Shown: positions 8,770-15,022 of the stretch, piece after piece
Position numbering within the stretch: position 1 is the stretch's first letter
Layout of the letters: every line of letters begins with the position of its first letter
Assembly (NCBI GenBank): GCA_963678185.1
Contig: OY782757.1
Span: 2,816,388 to 2,840,387, forward strand
Direction: 5' to 3'
DNA length: 24,000 nucleotides
Origin: an uncultured Tolumonas sp.
GTDB taxonomy: Bacteria; Pseudomonadota; Gammaproteobacteria; Enterobacterales; Aeromonadaceae
The notes under the pieces: model-generated
Told to the model about the DNA's origin: nothing
Database searches by the model: none
Seen by the model: the letters and a program-made list of their open reading frames with translations, nothing else
Position numbers and translations under genes: made by a program

Positions 8770-9981
8770 TCAAGGCCCCGGTGGTGGCGGCATCATGCGG
8801 CCTGAATTACTCGCGCCAGCTTCACTACTTTTGCTGTCACCGAGAATAATACTGTCGCCGTCATTCAACCCGCTCAGCACCTGTGCATTCAGGCTGTCTT
8901 TTAATCCCAATTGGATGGTTTTGTTAACAACACGAGCGTGTTCCAGCACCCGGACATACGCTTGTTGGTGTCCATCGTTTTCAATCGCAGCGACCGGCAG
9001 CAGCAGTACATTTTTGGCTTCCCCGGAAACAATCGTCACTTGTGCCGTCATAGACACGCGCAGTCGATGTTCGGGATTTTGCACATCAAACAGGCCGTTG
9101 TAATACACAGCACTGGAGCTGGACGATGATGAAGACGAGCTGGATGAACTGGAACTGCTGGAAGAGCTGCTGCTATCGCTGCTGTCAGATGTGGATGCCG
9201 GTTCAATGGCTCGCAAGGTGGCGGTATAACGTTTATCTGGTTCGCCTAATGTGGTGAACCAGACCTTCAAGCCCGGTTTTACGTTGATCACATCGGCTTC
9301 GGAGATCTGAGCTTTCACCGTCATGGCGTCGAGGTCGGCCAGCTTGATAATGGTTGGTACTGATTGTGACGCGGCGACGGTTTGACCTTCTTTGGTAACG
9401 ACGGAGATCACAGTGCCATTGATCGGCGCAGTAATGCGGGTATAACCCAGATTGGCTTTTGCGGTATCAACGGAAACCTGTGCTGCGGTAATTTCGGCAT
9501 CTAACTGGCTAATGGCCGCGCGGGTGGTATCTAATGACGCGGCAGCTTCCTCCAGATTCGCTTGGGAGGTTGCATCTTGTTGCCACATCTGTTGTTGCCG
9601 GCGATAGGCTAATTCGTATTGATGTAACAGGGCTTGTTTGGCTTGTTTTTGTGCTTTCACACTATCCAGATTGGCCTGTGCCTGACGCAGCGTGTATTGC
9701 TGTAAGATCGGGTCGATTTCGGCGACCAGTTGGCCTTTTTTAACTTGCTCACCCAGTGCGACTTTAAGTGATTTTAGCTGGCCGGAGACTTGCGCACCGA
9801 CACTGACCTGATTGATGGCGCTCAGCGTGCCGGTAGCTAATACGGTTTGTTCAATATCGCCATAGTGAACCGGGGCCGTGATATATTGGATTGGTGCCGG
9901 GCCGCGTAAGGCACTAAAGGCAACCGTCAGTGCCAGTAGTGGCAAGATCAAATATAACCAGCGTTTTTTTAATAATGCCAC
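8770..9981 (-). CDS. macA: MacA-type periplasmic adaptor (HlyD/MFP family) with a poly-Ser insertion
   Basis: N-terminal membrane anchor, then lipoyl, hairpin and beta-barrel motifs (VSVGAQVSGQLKSLKV..., ANLGYTRITAPINGTVISV, MTAQVTIV). GTG start with an upstream GGAG. Directly upstream of macB. Confidence 0.9.
   Translation of the reverse strand: MALLKKRWLYLILPLLALTVAFSALRGPAPIQYITAPVHYGDIEQTVLATGTLSAINQVSVGAQVSGQLKSLKVALGEQVKKGQLVAEIDPILQQYTLRQAQANLDSVKAQKQAKQALLHQYELAYRRQQQMWQQDATSQANLEEAAASLDTTRAAISQLDAEITAAQVSVDTAKANLGYTRITAPINGTVISVVTKEGQTVAASQSVPTIIKLADLDAMTVKAQISEADVINVKPGLKVWFTTLGEPDKRYTATLRAIEPASTSDSSDSSSSSSSSSSSSSSSSSSSSSAVYYNGLFDVQNPEHRLRVSMTAQVTIVSGEAKNVLLLPVAAIENDGHQQAYVRVLEHARVVNKTIQLGLKDSLNAQVLSGLNDGDSIILGDSKSSEAGASNSGRMMPPPPGP
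9112..9195 (-). repeat. Ser-rich low-complexity coding tract inside macA (STSDSSD followed by 21 consecutive Ser)
   Basis: Codon-by-codon reading of 9112..9174 gives 21 uninterrupted Ser codons using all six codons (AGT TCC AGC TCG TCA TCT). With the upstream STSDSSD this makes 25 Ser in 28 residues. Confidence 0.95.
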
Positions 9982-10075
9982 GTCTCAGCTCCACGCTCAT
10001 CTTCGCCGGACATCATAGCGAGATTTGTCTGCCTCTCGTGAAGATTTACATGATTTTATCTCTGTCGTTACTGAG

Positions 10076-10987
10076 CTAATGATCAGTGGGTTTTATCATT
10101 TGACGGTGACGAACTTTGAGCCAGCGGGGCCAGAATATATTGAGTAACAAACCGGCTAACACCAGCAAAATACCGAGCCATTGCCAGTGTGTCAGTTGTT
10201 CATTCAAAAATAGTCGTGCGCAAAACAGACCGACCAGTGGCACCAATAAGGTGAGTGGTGCGACCTGTGCCACCGGATAGGTGCGCAGCAAACGTCCCCA
10301 GGCAACATAACCATATAAGGTTGCGATCAACGCCAGATAAACCACGGCCAATGCGGAATGCCATTGCAGGTGCAACAAACTGTTTGCCATCACCGTGGGC
10401 CCTTCCAGCCAATAGGAAGCCAGAAAAAATGGCAAAGGCGGGATCAGCGCACTCCAGACCACCAGACTCAGCAGATTCAGGGATGCCTGACGTGAGATAT
10501 GACGGTTAATGATATTGCCTAAGCCCCAACAGGCAGCAGCACAAATGGTCAGCAGGAAACCCGCCAACGTCATACCACCTTGCCCTTGCTGAGTGGCAAG
10601 TAACACTAACCCCAGCGCAGAAACACCTAAGGTAAATGGCTGATGCGCTAACCAGTGTTCGCGTAACAAAACGGCAGCAAACAGCAGGGTAAATAACACC
10701 TGCGATTGTAAAACCAGCGATGCGATCCCAGCTGGCATACCCACTTTCATCGCGGTAAATAAAAAGGCAAATTGCCCGAAACTAATCGTCAACCCATAGG
10801 CTAACAGCCAGCGCCAGGCGATCTTGGGGCGTGGGACAAACAAGATGGCCGGAAAAGCAACCAGCGAGAAACGTAAAGCGCCTAACAATAACGGCGATAA
10901 CCCGTCGAGGCCCCAGTGGATCACGACAAAGTTAAATCCCCATGCAAACACAATCAGCAGAGCGAAACCCCAATCTTTCAAAGACAT
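10076..10987 (-). CDS. eamA: EamA-like DMT-superfamily exporter (O-acetylserine/cysteine exporter homologue)
   Basis: 10-TM protein. ALLIVFAWGFNFVVIHWGL...LRFSLVAFPAILFVPRPK...YGLTISFGQFAFLFTAMKVGMPAGIASLVLQSQ parallels E. coli EamA (LLVVVVWGLNFVVIKVGL...LRFMLVAFPAIFFVARPK...YGLTISFAQFAFLFCAINFGMPAGLASLVLQAQ). Confidence 0.82.
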   Translation of the reverse strand: MSLKDWGFALLIVFAWGFNFVVIHWGLDGLSPLLLGALRFSLVAFPAILFVPRPKIAWRWLLAYGLTISFGQFAFLFTAMKVGMPAGIASLVLQSQVLFTLLFAAVLLREHWLAHQPFTLGVSALGLVLLATQQGQGGMTLAGFLLTICAAACWGLGNIINRHISRQASLNLLSLVVWSALIPPLPFFLASYWLEGPTVMANSLLHLQWHSALAVVYLALIATLYGYVAWGRLLRTYPVAQVAPLTLLVPLVGLFCARLFLNEQLTHWQWLGILLVLAGLLLNIFWPRWLKVRHRQMIKPTDH

Positions 10988-11019
10988 GCGTATTGGTCCT
11001 GTTGGTATTGAATTTTCAG

Positions 11020-11147
11020 TATACCCAAAGTAATTGGAGTTGTATCAAGGCGACAAGTGAACGAATCCCCATGAACATAGATAGGCTATGTGATTGGGGT
11101 GAGAGAACGCTGTCAACGACGCTGCAACTTCAAGTCCGAAGGGTATA
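11020..11147. repeat. ERIC/IRU-like 128-bp imperfect palindromic intergenic element
   Basis: Bounded by TATACCC (11020) and GGGTATA (11147). The core gtgaacGAATCCCCAtgaacatagataggctatGTGAtTGGGGTGAGaGAACGC...CAACG.CGCTGCAaCTTcAAGT matches the enterobacterial ERIC core (GTGAATCCCCAGGAGCTTACAT / AAGTAAGTGACTGGGGTGAGCG, i.e. the ERIC1R and ERIC2 primer regions). The arms are mutually complementary with mismatches. Confidence 0.65.
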
Positions 11148-11161
11148 TGTGTCGGTCGGTG

Positions 11162-12241
11162 TTATTCCAATAGTGCTACCGCTTTGATCTGCACCCATAA
11201 TGGCATCGCTGGCTGTAGTTTCAGGGTATGTGCCGAGCGTTGCGTGATGCGCGCCAGTAGCGGTTGTTGACCGACTTGTAATTTCACCAGTAAATGACCC
11301 GGTGTTGTTACCGGCATCATCTCTAGCAAGGTGGCAGGTAATAAATTCAAAATGCTGGAATCAACTGCCTTATGCAGACTAAGGCTGACATCACGAGCAT
11401 CGATGCGGCAGCGAACGCGGCTACCAAGTGCTTGTTTGGTCTGCCCGACTAACAACGAGATCTGATCGGCGGTTTGTAAATGCGCCAGACCATCATCCTC
11501 CAGTTCATGCAGCGTCATCTCCCATACCACCGCCGCTTGCTCAGCAAAATCAGCCGGTAAATCTAAGCGTGATAAGGTGTCATTTAACGGGCCGGAGGCC
11601 ACCACTTGACCCTGTTGCAACAGGGTCAGATGATCAGCCAATCGCGAAACTTCATCGGTGGCATGGCTGACATAAATAATAGGGATCGACAATTGCCGGT
11701 GTAACTGTTCCAGATAAGGTAAGATCTCCTGTTTTCTGGCTTGATCCAGCGCAGATAGCGGTTCATCCATCAATAAAATCTTCGGTGCCAATAATAACGC
11801 ACGGGCAATCGCCACTCGTTGCCGTTCACCGCCAGATAATTGGTGCGGGCGGCGTTGTAATAATGACTGAATACCTAACAGCTGACAGATATAAGCAAAA
11901 TCGGCTTTCGGATGTTGCTTCGGTAGCCGTTTCACGCCAAACAGAAGATTTTGTTCGACGGATAAATGCGGAAACAGGCTGGCTTCCTGAAAGACATAAC
12001 CTAATGCGCGCTGATGCGGGGGAATGAATATATTTCGGCTTGAGTCTTGCCAGATCTCATCACCAATTGCGATATAGGCATCTGGTAATTTTTCCAGCCC
12101 CGCCAGTGCCCGCAGGCAGGTGGTTTTGCCGCAGCCTGATGGTCCAAACAACGCACTGACACCTTGCCCGGGTAATTGCAGTGCGACATCCAGCTCAAAA
12201 TCACCACGTGGCCAACGCAGCCGGATCGAAATATCAGGCAT
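11162..12241 (-). CDS. modC: Molybdate ABC transporter ATP-binding protein with C-terminal TOBE/Mop domain
   Basis: Walker A GPSGCGKTT, signature LSGGERQRVAIARAL, Walker B LLMDEPLSALD, and a C-terminal TOBE-like tail (RVRCRIDARDVSLSL...). I prefer the ATG at 12241 (MPDISIRL), which overlaps the modB stop by 8 nt (ATGCCTGA). The track start at 12265 adds 8 aa. Confidence 0.9.
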   Translation of the reverse strand: MPDISIRLRWPRGDFELDVALQLPGQGVSALFGPSGCGKTTCLRALAGLEKLPDAYIAIGDEIWQDSSRNIFIPPHQRALGYVFQEASLFPHLSVEQNLLFGVKRLPKQHPKADFAYICQLLGIQSLLQRRPHQLSGGERQRVAIARALLLAPKILLMDEPLSALDQARKQEILPYLEQLHRQLSIPIIYVSHATDEVSRLADHLTLLQQGQVVASGPLNDTLSRLDLPADFAEQAAVVWEMTLHELEDDGLAHLQTADQISLLVGQTKQALGSRVRCRIDARDVSLSLHKAVDSSILNLLPATLLEMMPVTTPGHLLVKLQVGQQPLLARITQRSAHTLKLQPAMPLWVQIKAVALLE

Positions 12242-12911
12242 GCTGTGCACTCCGATTTTGACCAAACCAGTAGATCAGCAGCAGTGCCAGCATGGCAAAT
12301 AACACCATGCCGCCAGCCAGCCAGTGTGCTTGCAGATATTCCTGATTTTCGACGTGCTCATACAGCAAGATCGACAACACTTTGGTTTCGCCGGGAATGC
12401 TGCCACCAATCATTAGCACCACGCCGAATTCGCCGATGCTGTGGCAAAACGCCATTACGGCAGCGGTTACTAGACCTGGCCTCGCCAGAGGCAGTGCGAC
12501 GGAAAAAAAACGATCCAGCGGCGATGCCCGTAACGTAGCGGCGACCTCTAACGGGCGTGCACCCATTGCTTCGAAGGCGTTTTGGATCGGCTGAATGGCA
12601 AACGGCAGGCTATGCAAGACACCACCGAGTACAATACCGGCAAAACTAAAGGGTAGAGCCTGCCAATGTAACGCGACTAATAATTGCCCCACCGGGCCAT
12701 GGGGGCCGAGTAATAACAACAGATAAAAGCCCAACACGGTCGGCGGTAAAACCATTGGCAGGCTTAAGATGGCATTAAACAGCGGTTTATAACGGCTGCG
12801 GGTTTGCGATAGCCACCAGGCCAGCGGTGTGGCAACGAGTAACAAGATTCCCATGACCAACAAGGCCAGTTTGAGTGTCAGCCACACCGTGTTCCAGTCT
12901 TGTTCCATCAT
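12234..12911 (-). CDS. modB: Molybdate ABC transporter permease
   Basis: 225-aa, 5-TM BPD-type permease (LPMVLPPTVLGFYLLLLLG..., EAMGARPLEVAATLRASPLDRFFSVALPLARPG EAA-loop). Immediately upstream of modC. Confidence 0.9.
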   Translation of the reverse strand: MMEQDWNTVWLTLKLALLVMGILLLVATPLAWWLSQTRSRYKPLFNAILSLPMVLPPTVLGFYLLLLLGPHGPVGQLLVALHWQALPFSFAGIVLGGVLHSLPFAIQPIQNAFEAMGARPLEVAATLRASPLDRFFSVALPLARPGLVTAAVMAFCHSIGEFGVVLMIGGSIPGETKVLSILLYEHVENQEYLQAHWLAGGMVLFAMLALLLIYWFGQNRSAQHA

Positions 12912-12930
12912 GCTGGTTTATCCTTAATGC

Positions 12931-13782
12931 TTATCCTTGATAACTACACAGTAAAACCGCCGATGCCTTGAAGGCTGCGCACGCTTCCTGATTTTCCTGC
13001 AATTGCATGTTATCGGCGCTTTCGGTAGTGACCACCGCACACACGGTTTTATCGCCGGGCAGATTGATCACCACTTCGCTATTCACTGGGCCGCGATGAA
13101 TTTTGCTGATGTGCCCCCACAACTGATTGCGGGGGGAGAGTTTTAATTGCCGATCCGTTACTAGCATGACCGACGAGGATTTTACGAGCGCGTATAACTC
13201 TTGCCCCATGGCAATACCTAAACTTTCGGCTGACTCACGGGTAATGACGGCAATCAGCTGCACGTTATCATCCAACTGTAAGGTCACTTCAAAATCGACC
13301 GGTGCGGTACGTAGCGCCACCACCGTGCCGACAAACTGATTTCTCGCGCTACTGCGCATCGATATGCGACGTAATAAACGACGAAATTGCGTGATGTCGT
13401 AAAAATTGTCATCTTGCTGACAGGGTTTATTTTGTAGTTGCTGTTGTACTCTTTCGAGAACTTGTTGATATTCCGCCTGCAGTGCCCGATACAAAGCAAC
13501 GGTCTGTTTACCGTAGGCGGTCAGTTGAGTGCCTCCGCCATTTTTCCCGCCAGCGGTGCGGATCACCAACGGCTGCTCTGCCAGATTATTCATCTCGTCC
13601 AACGCATCCCAGGCGGCACGATACGACATGGGAATGGATTTAGCCGCTTGCGATAACGAGCCCAAACGTTCAATCGCTTCTAATAATTGAATCCGGGTAT
13701 CCCCTAAAGAAGGCCCCACTTCAGTGCATAATTTAAGTTCCCCTAATAAAGCGGGTGGCGTCGAAGTTGGTTGTCGGGACAT
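12931..13782 (-). CDS. modE: Molybdate-responsive transcriptional regulator ModE (HTH plus di-Mop/TOBE)
   Basis: RIQLLEAIERLGSLSQAAKSIPMSYRAAWDALDEMNNLAEQPLVIRTAGGKNGGGTQLTAYG parallels E. coli ModE (RISLLKHIALSGSISQGAKDAGISYKSAWDAINEMNQLSEHILVERATGGKGGGGAVLTRYG). Molybdate-binding SARNQ motif and two Mop repeats are present. GAGAGG Shine-Dalgarno. It ends 19 bp upstream of modB. Confidence 0.88.
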   Translation of the reverse strand: MSRQPTSTPPALLGELKLCTEVGPSLGDTRIQLLEAIERLGSLSQAAKSIPMSYRAAWDALDEMNNLAEQPLVIRTAGGKNGGGTQLTAYGKQTVALYRALQAEYQQVLERVQQQLQNKPCQQDDNFYDITQFRRLLRRISMRSSARNQFVGTVVALRTAPVDFEVTLQLDDNVQLIAVITRESAESLGIAMGQELYALVKSSSVMLVTDRQLKLSPRNQLWGHISKIHRGPVNSEVVINLPGDKTVCAVVTTESADNMQLQENQEACAAFKASAVLLCSYQG

Positions 13783-13949
13783 GAAAACCTCTCAAAACAG
13801 GTGGATATGCGATTTAACATATAGCGCGTAATTTTTTAGTGCGTATAGCGGCATTAAAAATGTGCAGATTGAAACAGTTATTGCAACAACTGTACCTGTA
13901 CGGACAAACCTATTCGTGCGACTAAAAGATCAGAGGATGGAATGTGCGG

Positions 13950-13987
13950 AATAGAAAGAGGAGACGCAGTTTTCGATGCTGCGTCTC
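13950..13987 (-). terminator. Probable intrinsic terminator of the luxR-family gene
   Basis: Perfect 9-bp stem GAGACGCAG(13961-13969)/CTGCGTCTC(13979-13987) with a 9-nt loop, 11 nt after the stop. On the minus strand it is followed by CTCTTTCTATT (pyrimidine/U-rich but interrupted). Confidence 0.55.
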
Positions 13988-13997
13988 AAGGTGTTTA

Positions 13998-14762
13998 TCA
14001 AGCAGATAACGGTTGTGGTTGCTGGATCATATTGGTCAGGCTGATCCGGTTGACAGCGTGTACCAGTTCCCCAGTAATAATATTTTTGGCCACCGTCTGG
14101 TAGCGGTTTTTGCAGCCACTTTTGCGAATGGCATTATTCAGATGAAAGTTGACCGTACGTTCGGTGATGCCAAGGATCTGGGCAATTTCCCACGATGTTT
14201 TGCCTTCACTGACCCAGAACAGACACTCTTTTTCCCGCGAGGATAAATACGATTGTTCCGGCGAGAATAACGGAATAGCCTGTTCCTGAATAATATGGCC
14301 GAGATAACTGAGGTGGAAATAATCCTGTAAGCGGATCGGCTCTTTGCGATGGCGACTCAGGGCAAAATAGCCGTAAAACCCTGATGGTCCGTGTAGCGGG
14401 ATCGCAATTCCTTCTTCCATGCCGAACTGACGCCAGCAATCCATCGGTAGAAAGGCTTCATGTTCCAGTTTGACATCTGCTTGCCAGAATAAGGGGCGGC
14501 TTTGCGACTGCGAACGCAGATACAGTGAATCATTCTGGATGGTGGTGTTTTGTGCATAATGCTCAGCCCAATTTTCCGGCGTTTGCATCAGTAAGGTCAG
14601 ATCCGTTTGCTGTAAGCCGCGGCGCAGTGTCAGGCAGAGCTGGTAATACTCAAAGCCGTTGGCGAGGCAAAGTTTGGCCAGTTGATCGGCCAATATTTGT
14701 GGTGTTTGGCAATTTTGGATGCGAAAACGCTGCTCTTCCAATGGAAAAGTAAAGTTATTCAT
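13998..14762 (-). CDS. LuxR-family regulator (autoinducer-binding domain plus C-terminal HTH); no luxI nearby (LuxR solo)
   Basis: The C-terminus SSREKECLFWVSEGKTSWEIAQILGITERTVNFHLNNAIRKSGCKNRYQTVAK closely parallels AhyR/SdiA/LuxR HTH regions. The N-terminal domain carries the AHL-pocket pattern W..HY....IQND(S)L...PLFW ... GIAIPLHGPSG. Confidence 0.85.
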   Translation of the reverse strand: MNNFTFPLEEQRFRIQNCQTPQILADQLAKLCLANGFEYYQLCLTLRRGLQQTDLTLLMQTPENWAEHYAQNTTIQNDSLYLRSQSQSRPLFWQADVKLEHEAFLPMDCWRQFGMEEGIAIPLHGPSGFYGYFALSRHRKEPIRLQDYFHLSYLGHIIQEQAIPLFSPEQSYLSSREKECLFWVSEGKTSWEIAQILGITERTVNFHLNNAIRKSGCKNRYQTVAKNIITGELVHAVNRISLTNMIQQPQPLSA

Positions 14763-14794
14763 TCGTTTTTGTCCCGTGTTTTATTTAGTTATTA

Positions 14795-14810
14795 GTTGTC
14801 AGTTGACAAC
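14795..14810. promoter_or_regulatory. Inverted repeat GTTGTCA-gt-TGACAAC upstream of the luxR-family gene (candidate operator overlapping a -35)
   Basis: 7-bp perfect arms, 33-48 bp upstream of the ATG at 14762. The minus strand reads TTGTCA-N16-TAAATA, a plausible sigma70 promoter for the luxR-family gene. Confidence 0.3.
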
Positions 14811-14834
14811 GCGCAACAAGATACATGATGGGTC

Positions 14835-14852
14835 ATATTTTGCGCAAAATAT
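14835..14852. promoter_or_regulatory. Perfect 18-bp palindrome ATATTTTGCGCAAAATAT (candidate dimeric regulator site)
   Basis: Checked base by base to be its own reverse complement. It lies in the 260-bp divergent spacer between the luxR-family gene and glmU. TTGCGCA recurs at 14872-14878. Confidence 0.35.
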
Positions 14853-15022
14853 TTGTTCGCCAATTCAGTCCTTGCGCACAGAGAAAATCTGACAGGGTAT
14901 TGGTTTTTACAGTGGCATATATTTTGGAGTGACAATATGCGCCGCCGAGGGTTGATTAGTTCTGTCCTGCAACGCCCCTTTTCTTCTAGAATAACGCCCA
15001 TCTGTAATGATTGAGGTTCGTT

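Noticed and set aside
9112-9174. The poly-Ser tract as a slippage-prone microsatellite or phase-variation switch
   Set aside because: The DNA is not a homogeneous trinucleotide repeat. Six different Ser codons are interspersed, the longest identical run being AGC x3. Any slippage would also be in-frame, so an on/off phase switch is unlikely.
9982-10075. A terminator for eamA or a PhoP-type box in the eamA-macA spacer
   Set aside because: There is no convincing hairpin or T-run and no TGTTTA-type direct repeat. Only a weak TTCACG-N19-TATGAT arrangement is present, so nothing there can be supported.
12503-12510. A8 homopolymer (T8 on the coding strand) inside modB
   Set aside because: It encodes the RFF of RFFSV. 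It is a single short homopolymer in a housekeeping permease, with no other contingency-locus features, so it is most likely incidental.
14835-14852. Assigning the 18-bp palindrome to NagC/Mlc
   Set aside because: Only the T-rich/A-rich arms resemble ROK-family operators. Those sites are about 23 bp with a longer central region, and I cannot verify a match without a matrix. It is kept as an unassigned palindrome.
14763-15022. Possible replication origin at the point where gene orientation switches from minus (5374-14762) to plus (15023-24000), close to glmUS and rrn as oriC is in E. coli
   Set aside because: The 260-bp spacer contains no DnaA box (TTATCCACA or TGTGGATAA), no GATC cluster and no AT-rich 13-mer repeats. 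It is too short and is better explained as a divergent promoter region.
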